Assembly: GCA_945787655.1 (NCBI GenBank)
Contig: CALZIJ010000009.1
Span: 3,588 to 67,587 of the forward strand
Source of the DNA: Nitrospiria bacterium
GTDB lineage: Bacteria > Nitrospirota > Nitrospiria > SBBL01 > JAADHI01
Reading direction: 5' to 3'
DNA length: 64,000 bases
Shown: piece after piece, positions 1 to 7,827 of the stretch
Position numbering within the stretch: position 1 is the first letter of the stretch
Layout: every line of letters begins with the position of its first letter
The notes under the pieces: generated by a model
Told to the model about the DNA's origin: nothing
Database searches by the model: none
The model's input: only the letters and a program-made list of their open reading frames with translations
Position numbers and translations under genes: made by a program

Positions 1-63
1 AGTCGAGGCCAACTCATTGAAACCGTTAGAGGCATGGGGTATCGGTTTTCCGAACAAGAGTAG
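1..63 (+). CDS. 3' end of an OmpR/PhoB-family response regulator (partial; start lies outside the window)
   Basis: Frame +1 reads SRGQLIETVRGMGYRFSEQE then TAG (61-63). TVRGxGYRF is the conserved C-terminal wing of OmpR/PhoB winged-helix output domains. A kinase gene starts 14 nt downstream. Confidence 0.6.
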   Translation, partial: SRGQLIETVRGMGYRFSEQE

Positions 64-77
64 CTTGAGGACATTCC

Positions 78-1850
78 TTGAAAATCAAAACCCACTACAA
101 GATCACATTGATCTTCACCCTGATGACCGCTATTCTTCTTTCCACAGGTTACCTTTACCTGAATAGCAACCTTAAGACCCACACCCGCCAAAATATCAGG
201 GCTGAACTCAAAAAGAAAACCGCCCTGGCCAAATATATCCTCGAAAAAAACACCGGCCAAAATCCAATCTCAAGACTGGATGAGATCGCAGATGACATCG
301 GACAAAATCTACAGCTTCGCGCAACAATCATTGGGGTGGATGGAACCGTACTGGGAGATTCAGAACTGGATGGAGATGCCCTCCACACCCTTGAAAACCA
401 CATCAACCGACCCGAAGTTCAGGAAGCCATGCGCGCCGGGATTGGAGAAAGCCAACGTTTCAGCACCACCTTGAACCAAAACATGCTCTATATGGCCATG
501 CTTTTTAACAGTGCAGAGGCAGAAGGCATGATCCGTCTGGCCCTTCCTCTGGCTGAAATGCAAAAACTGTCTGACCGAGTCAAGGACATCATCGGTGTTT
601 CACTTTTTGCAGTGTTTCTTTTGAGCATTTTGATCAATTATGGGGCATCGGCCTGGATTTCCAAACCGATTCAGGGAATGTCCAAAGCGGCCAAACGCAT
701 CGCGGAAGGTGATTTTTCAAAGATTAATACCCTCTCGCTCGATGGAGAAATCGCCGATTTGGGTCACGCCTTTAACAGCATGTCCCAGGAACTCTCTGCC
801 CGGATCAAAGACATGGGCTTAAGCCGCTCACGACTTGAAGCCGTTTTATTAAGCATGTTTGAAGGGGTACTCGTGGTGGATGCCACAGGATCAATCTTGC
901 TTATGAATCAGGCGCTCCGGGATTTCTTTCATATTACAATGGACGTTTCCGGGAAAAATGCCATTGAGGTCATCCGGAATATCGATATTCAGAAAATAAT
1001 TGATGCCGTACTCCAAAGCGACCTCGGATTGGACCCGACAGAGATTTCAATCCTGAGCCCTGAAGAAAAGATTTTATCCGTGTACGCTACACCTGTGATC
1101 AGTCCTCACGGACAGGAAGGGGCCATTCTCGTTTTTCATGACCTAAGCAATGTGAAACGGCTTGAAAAAATCCGTCAGGACTTTGTCGCCAATGTTTCTC
1201 ACGAACTGAAAACCCCGATCGCCAGCATACAGGGTTATGCCGAAACCCTTTTGGACGGCGCACTGGAAGATCAGGCAAACGCAAAGGATTTTATCGGGGT
1301 CATTTATCACGAATCGGAACGCCTCGCACAGCTAATAGATGATCTCTTAAGCCTTTCCAAAATCGAATCCGGCAAGTTGAACATGAGTTTAAAACCCACA
1401 AAACTCCCCCCCATCATCCAAAAAGTTATCACCAGTATGGACATTCAGGCAGAACGAAAATCAATCAATATCTCAATGGCTCTCCCGGAAGACCTGCCAC
1501 TTGTTATGGCGGACGGGACACGCATCACACAGGTTCTCTTTAATCTCATCGATAATGCCCTCAAGTATTCCCCGGAAAACAGCCGGGTTTTAATTTCCGC
1601 AGTGAATAAAAACGGCAACCTAGAAGTGGCCGTCTCCGACACCGGCATCGGCATTCCCGAAGAAGACCTGCCGCGTATTTTCGAACGGTTCTACCGGGTG
1701 GACAAGGGCCGATCAAGGGCCCTGGGCGGCACGGGACTGGGGCTTTCCATCGTCAAACACATCGTCAAGGCCCATAACGGGGAGATTTCAATCCAAAGCA
1801 CGCTGGGCAAAGGCACCACATTTATCTTCACCCTTCCCAAAGCCCATTAA
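78..1850 (+). CDS. phoR: Sensor histidine kinase, PhoR-like (TM, periplasmic domain, TM, HAMP, PAS, HisKA, HATPase_c)
   Basis: 590-aa ORF with TTG start per track. Two hydrophobic segments (ITLIFTLMTAILLSTGYLYL; IIGVSLFAVFLLSILINYGA). H-box FVANVSHELKTPIASIQGYAETL. ATPase boxes DNALKYS, DTGIGIP, GGTGLGLSIV. The kinase call is secure. The Pho assignment rests on H-box resemblance and on the neighbouring psiE and porin genes. Confidence 0.7.
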   Translation: MKIKTHYKITLIFTLMTAILLSTGYLYLNSNLKTHTRQNIRAELKKKTALAKYILEKNTGQNPISRLDEIADDIGQNLQLRATIIGVDGTVLGDSELDGDALHTLENHINRPEVQEAMRAGIGESQRFSTTLNQNMLYMAMLFNSAEAEGMIRLALPLAEMQKLSDRVKDIIGVSLFAVFLLSILINYGASAWISKPIQGMSKAAKRIAEGDFSKINTLSLDGEIADLGHAFNSMSQELSARIKDMGLSRSRLEAVLLSMFEGVLVVDATGSILLMNQALRDFFHITMDVSGKNAIEVIRNIDIQKIIDAVLQSDLGLDPTEISILSPEEKILSVYATPVISPHGQEGAILVFHDLSNVKRLEKIRQDFVANVSHELKTPIASIQGYAETLLDGALEDQANAKDFIGVIYHESERLAQLIDDLLSLSKIESGKLNMSLKPTKLPPIIQKVITSMDIQAERKSINISMALPEDLPLVMADGTRITQVLFNLIDNALKYSPENSRVLISAVNKNGNLEVAVSDTGIGIPEEDLPRIFERFYRVDKGRSRALGGTGLGLSIVKHIVKAHNGEISIQSTLGKGTTFIFTLPKAH

Positions 1851-1870
1851 TTGTTTCAATAACTTACGAG

Positions 1871-1887
1871 TTCACACAAACTTCACG
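1871..1887 (+). promoter_or_regulatory. Pho-box-like direct repeat TTCACA-N5-TTCACG (11-bp phasing) upstream of the porin gene
   Basis: TTCACA at 1871-1876 and TTCACG at 1882-1887, one helical turn apart, in the phoR-porin intergenic region. This resembles the TT(A/C/T)ACA direct repeats bound by PhoP/PhoB-type regulators. Only two hexamers are present, so support is weak. Confidence 0.3.
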
Positions 1888-1926
1888 AAGCATCCGCGAT
1901 TTCTCAACAATATCAAACTATTCTCC

Positions 1927-1956
1927 AACCAGTTCGGGCAGTATAACGAACTGGTT
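1927..1956 (+). repeat. Perfect 10-bp inverted repeat AACCAGTTCG-N10-CGAACTGGTT (hairpin without U-tract)
   Basis: Arms at 1927-1936 and 1947-1956 read directly from the sequence, between the phoR stop (1850) and the porin start (2020). It is followed by CAACAATAA, not a T-run. The structure is certain; the function (attenuator, processing site or operator) is unknown. Confidence 0.5.
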
Positions 1957-2019
1957 CAACAATAATTAAGCAGACACAAAAATGAAGAAAAAACACCATA
2001 TCAGTGGAGGTTTACAAAA

Positions 2020-3129
2020 GTGAAGAAATCCTGCAGTCGTCTCACAATCTTCGTGAGTGGCTTATTGCTAGCGCTCATTCCCTTCAGTCTCTCTGTCGTC
2101 TATGCGTCGGATGACGTTCCCAAATGGGTCAAAACCGTCAAAGTCAAAGGAGACTTGAGGCTTCGTTATCAGCTGACGCAAAAAGATGAAACAGGAACAA
2201 ACACGCCCGACCGAAGCCGGGGACGCGTCCGGGCAAGAATCGGCGTATCCGCCAAGGTGACAGACAACGTCAAGGCTGCCATCGGGATGGCCAGCGGCAG
2301 TGATGATCCCCGCTCAACCAACCAATCGTTTGACGATTCTTTTTCCTCAAAAGGCCTCCAGCTCGACTATGCCTATGCGGAAATCAAGCTCGCCGATCCC
2401 GTCAAACTCTACGGCGGAAAGATTCAACGCAAAAAGGTCATTTATACCCCTTCCGACTTGCTTTGGGACAGTGATGTCAATGTCGAGGGTGCGGGACTGC
2501 ATATGATGATGGGTCCGATTTTTTTAAACGCCGGCGGTTTTGTTATTGAGGAAAGAAGCGCAAACTCCGACCCGACCATGTATGTTGTGCAGCCGGGCGT
2601 CAAAATCAAATCAGGCGACCTGAGCATTAAAGCAGCCGTGGCCTACTATGCCTTCAGCGGCGCCCAGGGGAACACCCTGGCACATTCGGACGGAAATAAC
2701 ACGTTGTCCGGCGGCGTTTTGCGCTACGACTACGACGCGTTCTCCCCTGCGGTCGAAGTTGGCATCAAAGGCGAAGCCCTGCCCTATGCCGGTTTTTTTG
2801 GCGAATATGTGAACAATTCCGATCCTTCGGACGACAACACGGGTTTTCTCGCCGGGTTTAAGATCGGAGAAAAAAAGGTCAAGGACAAAGGCCAATGGCA
2901 ATTCAAATACCTTTACCGGAAATTGGAAAAAGACGCCTGGGTCGATATCTTGCCGGATTCGGATTTCGCCGGCGGCAAAACCGGTTACAAAGGGCATGAA
3001 CTCATTGCCCAGATCGGCTTGAAAAAGAATGTGGTTTTTGGTCTGGATTATTACATGACCGAAGAAATTGATAGCACCTCAGATAAGGAAGAGAAAGTGT
3101 TACAGGCCGACCTGGTCTTAAAGTTCTAG
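2020..3129 (+). CDS. Outer-membrane porin (beta-barrel), probably Pho-regulated
   Basis: 369 aa with GTG start 9 nt after GGAGG (2006-2010). Signal peptide LLLALIPFSLSVVYA/SDD. Alternating amphipathic strands rich in G/Y/D turns. C-terminus ...ADLVLKF (terminal Phe typical of OM barrels). Confidence 0.65.
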   Translation: MKKSCSRLTIFVSGLLLALIPFSLSVVYASDDVPKWVKTVKVKGDLRLRYQLTQKDETGTNTPDRSRGRVRARIGVSAKVTDNVKAAIGMASGSDDPRSTNQSFDDSFSSKGLQLDYAYAEIKLADPVKLYGGKIQRKKVIYTPSDLLWDSDVNVEGAGLHMMMGPIFLNAGGFVIEERSANSDPTMYVVQPGVKIKSGDLSIKAAVAYYAFSGAQGNTLAHSDGNNTLSGGVLRYDYDAFSPAVEVGIKGEALPYAGFFGEYVNNSDPSDDNTGFLAGFKIGEKKVKDKGQWQFKYLYRKLEKDAWVDILPDSDFAGGKTGYKGHELIAQIGLKKNVVFGLDYYMTEEIDSTSDKEEKVLQADLVLKF

Positions 3130-3145
3130 AAAAACATCACGATCC

Positions 3146-3183
3146 GGTTCCCGCCACAGCAATTCAAGGCCGTGGCGGGAACC
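3146..3183 (+). repeat. 12-bp perfect stem hairpin GGTTCCCGCCAC-N14-GTGGCGGGAACC immediately after the porin gene
   Basis: Arms at 3146-3157 and 3172-3183. No T-tract follows (AACAACATC). The GTG at 3172 used by the ORF track lies inside the 3' arm. Confidence 0.5.
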
Positions 3184-3234
3184 AACAACATCAGTGCTAT
3201 ATATCTCTCACCTCACTTAAATCAGAGGGTCAAT

Positions 3235-4710
3235 ATGAATCAAAAAAACTGGATGACACAACTGAGTTTTTATTTTGAAAACTGCCGGATCCGTTATCCG
3301 GATGAAAAACTGATGATCGTGTTTGATATCGACCGCACGATTCTGGATGTACGATACATGATTTTAAATATCCTGAATGATTACGACCGAAGACACGACA
3401 CGTCTTTTTTCAAAAACCTGAATATTTCTAAAATCAATGTCCACGAAAATCAGGTAGACCACCTGCTTTCCCAACTGGCCATCCCACCGGAAGAGCAACA
3501 GGACATTTTCGAGTGGTATCATCAGAAATGCTGGACCGAGTCATACCTGCTCACTGCACATCAGCCTTTTCATGGTGTGCTTGAAGTGATTCGCTGGTTT
3601 CAACTCCAAAAAAACACCCACGTCGGACTCAACACAAGCCGACCTGAATCGATTCGAAAAGAAACCCTTTGCTCTTTAAATCAGCTTGGACAAACCTATA
3701 AAATTCGTTTTGAAGATTCACTACTCAACATGAGTTCTTACACGTGGGGAAAACACGTCCCCAAGTCCAAGGTTGAAGGAATACAGAAATTTCAGGACAA
3801 AGGATTCCGTGTTTTTGCCTTTGTTGACAATGAGGCAGAAAACTTGAGTGCTGTAGAAAAAATAGATAAAAAACGGGAAATATTTCTTTTGCATGCCAAT
3901 ACCTTGTTTGACTCTAAAAGAGTGTCCCTGCCTTTTTACGCCGCAAAAGGCGACAACTACGACCTGACCGCCCTCATTCCGAAAAAATCCCTTCCAAAAC
4001 AGGTTCAGTTCGTGTGGCAAGGCATTAATGATGAAGACAACCTGCGGCAATTTCTCGCTTCTGATATCCGTTGGGGAGAATGTGATCTTCGCATGGCCCC
4101 CAAAAACAAAGAGGTGGCCTTGAGGCACGACCCTTTTTGGAAAACCCCTTTTGAACCCGAAAACAAGTTTTTCCCGCTCGATGCACTCTTAAACCGCATT
4201 TCACAAACCGATAAGTCCATTAAATTTGATTTGAAAGAAGGCGGACCTTTGATCGATCATTTAATTGAAGCCATTGATGATCACAAGATTGATCCTGCGC
4301 GGTTATGGTTTCATGGAGATTCGGATATCGTTCATGAAACGGGCTTTAAAACATTATCCATGGCCTACCCCAAAGCCCTGTTACAAACCTCCGTTGATTT
4401 TTTGGCTCCGATCATCCTGAGTAAACCGGAAGAAGCCAGAGCGACTTTAAATGTGTATACGAGCTGGGGGGTTTCCCGTTTTCTCCTGGACTGGAGAATC
4501 AAATACATGAGAGCCCTTTTTGAAAAAATGGAAGCATGGCACTTTAAAACAGATATCGGGAACGTGCATAATCTGGAAGAATTCCTGGAAGCCATTCTCC
4601 TGATGCCGTCCTCCATCACCGCAGACTTTAATTTTCCCAAATGGCAGTATTTCGGAAGAGGCGCAGGTCAAAACGGACGGCATCATGAATATACGGAAAT
4701 GTGTATTTAG
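3235..4710 (+). CDS. Two-domain protein: N-terminal HAD-like phosphatase plus C-terminal PLC/GDPD-like (FAM151-like) phosphodiesterase domain
   Basis: ATG 3235 preceded by AGAGGG is preferred to GTG 3172, which sits in the hairpin. HAD motif I is FDIDRTILD (DxDxT), motif II is GLNTSRP, motif IV-like is FVDNEAEN. The C-terminal half has WGECDLRM...VALRHDPFW, resembling the E-x-D ... HD signature of glycerophosphodiester-phosphodiesterase-type TIM barrels. The C-terminal assignment is tentative. Confidence 0.5.
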   Translation: MNQKNWMTQLSFYFENCRIRYPDEKLMIVFDIDRTILDVRYMILNILNDYDRRHDTSFFKNLNISKINVHENQVDHLLSQLAIPPEEQQDIFEWYHQKCWTESYLLTAHQPFHGVLEVIRWFQLQKNTHVGLNTSRPESIRKETLCSLNQLGQTYKIRFEDSLLNMSSYTWGKHVPKSKVEGIQKFQDKGFRVFAFVDNEAENLSAVEKIDKKREIFLLHANTLFDSKRVSLPFYAAKGDNYDLTALIPKKSLPKQVQFVWQGINDEDNLRQFLASDIRWGECDLRMAPKNKEVALRHDPFWKTPFEPENKFFPLDALLNRISQTDKSIKFDLKEGGPLIDHLIEAIDDHKIDPARLWFHGDSDIVHETGFKTLSMAYPKALLQTSVDFLAPIILSKPEEARATLNVYTSWGVSRFLLDWRIKYMRALFEKMEAWHFKTDIGNVHNLEEFLEAILLMPSSITADFNFPKWQYFGRGAGQNGRHHEYTEMCI

Positions 4711-4725
4711 ACCAACTCGATCCAG

Positions 4726-5385
4726 ATGATCAAAAAAATCCTTTCAGAATTCATCGGAACATACGGACTTGTTTTTGCCGGAACCTCTGCCATCGTCTTC
4801 AATGATCTGAGTGGCGGACAAATCACACATGCCGGGATTTCGATAATCTTTGGCCTGGCTGTTACGGCCATGATCCTGATTTTTGGAAAGATTTCCGGCG
4901 CACATATCAATCCCGCCGTGACCATCGCGCTTTGGCTCGCCCGCCGGTTTCGGGGTATCGCGGTTTTCCCCTATATCAGCAGTCAAATTTTAGGAGCACT
5001 CACCGGCAGCCTCTCCGTATACCTTTTGTTTTCAGGGCATCCCACTTTGGGGGCTACCCTGCCGACCGGAACGGTCTCCGAGACTTTTCTCCTCGAAATT
5101 TTCTTAACTTTTGCCCTGATGCTCACCATCTTTCAAACCACCACAAGACCGGCAGACCAGGGCATTATCATTCCAGCTTTGAGTATTGGAGCTGTGGTCG
5201 CAATAGAAGCATTTTTTGCCGGTCCCCTAACCGGAGCCTCTATGAACCCGGCCCGCTCCATCGGACCGGCAGTTTTAAGTGGCCACATACAAACTTTATG
5301 GATTTACATTTTTGCACCGGTACTGGGCGCCTCGCTCGCTGTATGGGGCTGCCGGTGCCTCAAAACAAACGGATGTTGTCGATGA
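4726..5385 (+). CDS. MIP-family channel (aquaporin/aquaglyceroporin), likely arsenite channel by context
   Basis: 219 aa with six hydrophobic segments. Two NPA boxes (GAHINPAVT, GASMNPARS). The stop TGA 5383-5385 overlaps the arsC ATG. Confidence 0.85.
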   Translation: MIKKILSEFIGTYGLVFAGTSAIVFNDLSGGQITHAGISIIFGLAVTAMILIFGKISGAHINPAVTIALWLARRFRGIAVFPYISSQILGALTGSLSVYLLFSGHPTLGATLPTGTVSETFLLEIFLTFALMLTIFQTTTRPADQGIIIPALSIGAVVAIEAFFAGPLTGASMNPARSIGPAVLSGHIQTLWIYIFAPVLGASLAVWGCRCLKTNGCCR

Positions 5386-5789
5386 ATGAGAAAAAAACAG
5401 TGGTTTTTGTGTGTATTGAAAATGCCTGCCGAAGCCAAATGGCTGAAGGATTTGCAAAAATGCTGGGCTACGACATCATAGAGGCCTATAGCAGCGGCTC
5501 ACGTCCATCTGGAAAAATTAACGAAAAGGCCATTACCGCTATGGAGGATACCGGATACGATTTACGCACACATGCCTCCAAAAGTATCAACACCATCCCG
5601 GATATAGAATATGACTGGGTCGTGACGATGGGCTGCGGCGACACCTGTCCCGCAGTACGAGGAAAGCAGCACGAATCGTGGGACATTCCCGATCCGAAGA
5701 AAATGGACCAGGCCCGCTTTAATCAAGTTCGGGATACCATCCGGCAGAAAGTCATGCGATTGATCAACACCATTCAAAATGCGCCATAA
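5382..5789 (+). CDS. arsC: Arsenate reductase, low-molecular-weight phosphotyrosine-phosphatase type
   Basis: MNEKKTVVFVCIENACRSQMAEG carries the CX5R(S/T) P-loop. A downstream Cys pair occurs in MGCGDTCP. The ATG 5382-5384 forms an ATGA overlap with the MIP stop. The longer track ORF from 4932 is an out-of-frame run through the MIP gene. Confidence 0.8.
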   Translation: MNEKKTVVFVCIENACRSQMAEGFAKMLGYDIIEAYSSGSRPSGKINEKAITAMEDTGYDLRTHASKSINTIPDIEYDWVVTMGCGDTCPAVRGKQHESWDIPDPKKMDQARFNQVRDTIRQKVMRLINTIQNAP

Positions 5790-6050
5790 ACTTCTTAAGA
5801 CAAGCAAAATACCTCGTATGATATAACAAATCCGGGGACGGAGAGGTTTTTTCCCGCTCGCCGCAGACACGGTCAGGTTTCTTCCCTCCCGTCTCCGGAT
5901 TCCGTCCTTATCCTCTCGCCATCTGTTCAAATTTTTCATGAATTCTCCTGCAAATTTTTCAAACTGCCCGCGAGACCTCAACCTATTGTTAACATGCCCC
6001 CTTTATGCTGTGTACGCTTAAAATTTATTTCAACAGGGAGAACATCATTC

Positions 6051-6515
6051 ATGAAACCTCAAGGAAAAACAGTCAAAGAAATGTTTAACACCGCGGTACA
6101 ATACATCATCAATGTACTGATTTTTTACATCATAATGCTCTTAATCATCGGGTTGGGGAAAATGCTGTTCGAGGTACATACGCTCTTTAACGGCAAACCC
6201 ATTGGAGATGCCTTTACCTCTTTGGTTACGGATATTTTGACTTTTTTAGTGATTATTGAATTATTCAGAAGTTGTATTGAATATTTCAAGGCCCACCGTT
6301 TTCGACTTAATAATATGATGGACCCCGCCATTATTCTTGTGATTCGGGAAATGATCGTCAGCCTTTACAAAAGCACACACCTGGATTTGGCGGAATTGGC
6401 CGGATTCAGCCTGCTGATCCTATCCCTTGGAACAGTGAGAACGATGGCAGTCCGTTTTAGCCCGACGAAAACACCTCAAAAAATACTTAAATCTCAAAAT
6501 ACAAAAGCCGCTTGA
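6051..6515 (+). CDS. psiE: PsiE-family (phosphate-starvation-inducible) inner-membrane protein
   Basis: ATG 6051 preceded by GGGAG. Four hydrophobic helices. Overall resemblance to E. coli PsiE, e.g. ...LVIIELFRSCIEYFK...DPAIILVIREMIV. Confidence 0.6.
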   Translation: MKPQGKTVKEMFNTAVQYIINVLIFYIIMLLIIGLGKMLFEVHTLFNGKPIGDAFTSLVTDILTFLVIIELFRSCIEYFKAHRFRLNNMMDPAIILVIREMIVSLYKSTHLDLAELAGFSLLILSLGTVRTMAVRFSPTKTPQKILKSQNTKAA

Positions 6516-6577
6516 AGGTATCACTCCAGGATTTAACAAGGTTTCCTGAACTTGGTAGTGTGATCGTGAGAAAGGAT

Positions 6578-7192
6578 CTATCGGGTTTTTAGCAGGACTG
6601 CCGTACCCACAGCAGAGACGAGGATATTTGTTGAATCCAGACGATGATAATTAAACGTGGTCGCCACCACGGCATTGGCTTTGAGCAAAGCAGCCGCATC
6701 CCGCAGAGATGTTAAGGTATCGGCCACCCCTTTTTTCAAGTGGTTCATTGTTGAGGAATCATTTTCTCCAGATGCAATCAAAGCTTCCGCATGCACGAGG
6801 CCATAATAAGCCCCGATCCGCTTTCCTTCAACCCGCTGCGTGGTTGCGATTAAAATATGACCAGCCCCGTTTTTACGAACGGAACCGGTTTTTTCAGGAT
6901 TTTTCTCAACAGAAACGGAAGCCGGAACCTTTTCCTTGAAAGCAGATTCCTTCTCAGGGGCCGGTTTTTCTACAACAGGTTTCAACTGCGACGGGGAGGT
7001 GTCTTCATTAAATTCGTTGTCAGAATCCTTTGTACTCGAAGGGTGTGTATCAATATCCGGGTCTAGATCAAGGTCTAAATCCAGATCAAGATCCTGTTCA
7101 GAAGTTTTTGGGGCCTTTTCTTGCAGTGGCGCATGGCATTGAACACAAGAAGCAGACTTTCGCTGTTGACAACCACAAACGGGACAAATCAT
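6578..7192 (-). CDS. Zinc-ribbon, acidic linker, YbjQ/UPF0145 (heavy-metal-binding-like) domain protein
   Basis: N-terminus MICPVCGCQQRKSASCVQCHAPL (CxxC...CxxC). Linker with DLDLDLDLDLDPDID. C-terminal 95 aa resemble E. coli YbjQ (...VEGKRIGAYYGLVHAEALIA...NAVVATTFNYH...VSAVGTAVLLK). Confidence 0.6.
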   Translation of the reverse strand: MICPVCGCQQRKSASCVQCHAPLQEKAPKTSEQDLDLDLDLDLDPDIDTHPSSTKDSDNEFNEDTSPSQLKPVVEKPAPEKESAFKEKVPASVSVEKNPEKTGSVRKNGAGHILIATTQRVEGKRIGAYYGLVHAEALIASGENDSSTMNHLKKGVADTLTSLRDAAALLKANAVVATTFNYHRLDSTNILVSAVGTAVLLKTR

Positions 7193-7209
7193 TCCACAGC
7201 TCCTAAATT

Positions 7210-7827
7210 TTAATCCGTTAAATGACGGACAACTCTTCCTTCAATACTTAACCGCCCTTCAGCAAACCACTGGATTACCCTGGGCAGCAGGTGATGCTCT
7301 TCGATTAAAATACGATCCGCCAAACTGGATGTGGTCTCTCCCGCCTTCACCGGGACAGCGGCTTGGGCGATGACCGGGCCATGGTCCATTTTTTCATCGA
7401 CAAAATGAATCGTGCAGCCACTCAGCTTTACACCATATTCAATGGCCTGGCGTTGTGCATGCAGACCGGGAAAAGCAGGGAGAAGACTTGGATGAATATT
7501 CAACATTCGCCCCAGATAAGGCCGGACCAATTTCGCGGTTAAAAGCCGCATATACCCAGCAAGAACAACCAGTTCAACTAAATGCGCACGAAGCGTCTCT
7601 AATAAAACAGTATCATAAGCTTCCCGGCTTGGGTAGTTGTTTGGATCAAAATATATCGCCGGAATACCCGCCTTTTTCGCCCGTGTCAAGGCATAAGCAT
7701 CCTTTTTGTTACTTAATACGACGCCGATTTCAGCCTGAAGCGCTCCACTCGATATCGCATCAATAATCGCTTGTAAATTACTGCCTCTCCCGGAAGCCAG
7801 CACACCCAGTATGAGTTTTTTAGACAT
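7210..7827 (-). CDS. purN: Phosphoribosylglycinamide formyltransferase
   Basis: MSKKLILGVLASGRGSNLQAIIDA..., NIHPSLLP, HFVDEKMDHGP. ATG at 7827 is chosen (8-nt overlap with the purM stop) rather than the upstream 7875. Confidence 0.9.
   Translation of the reverse strand: MSKKLILGVLASGRGSNLQAIIDAISSGALQAEIGVVLSNKKDAYALTRAKKAGIPAIYFDPNNYPSREAYDTVLLETLRAHLVELVVLAGYMRLLTAKLVRPYLGRMLNIHPSLLPAFPGLHAQRQAIEYGVKLSGCTIHFVDEKMDHGPVIAQAAVPVKAGETTSSLADRILIEEHHLLPRVIQWFAEGRLSIEGRVVRHLTD

Noticed and set aside
3172-3234. GTG 3172 start for the HAD-fusion gene
   Set aside because: The GTG lies inside the 3' arm of the 12-bp hairpin (3172-3183). The ATG at 3235 has an AGAGGG Shine-Dalgarno-like sequence. 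The extra 21 residues show no recognisable feature.
4932-5381. Upstream 450 nt of the 285-aa track ORF that ends as arsC
   Set aside because: It runs out of frame through the well-supported MIP channel gene and its translation is low-complexity (Arg/Pro/Ser-rich). The arsC-like sequence begins only at the ATG 5382 that overlaps the MIP stop.
7051-7100. Short GATCTN-like repetitive DNA
   Set aside because: It is not a CRISPR or a non-coding microsatellite. It encodes the (Asp-Leu)n linker of the zinc-ribbon/YbjQ protein in frame.
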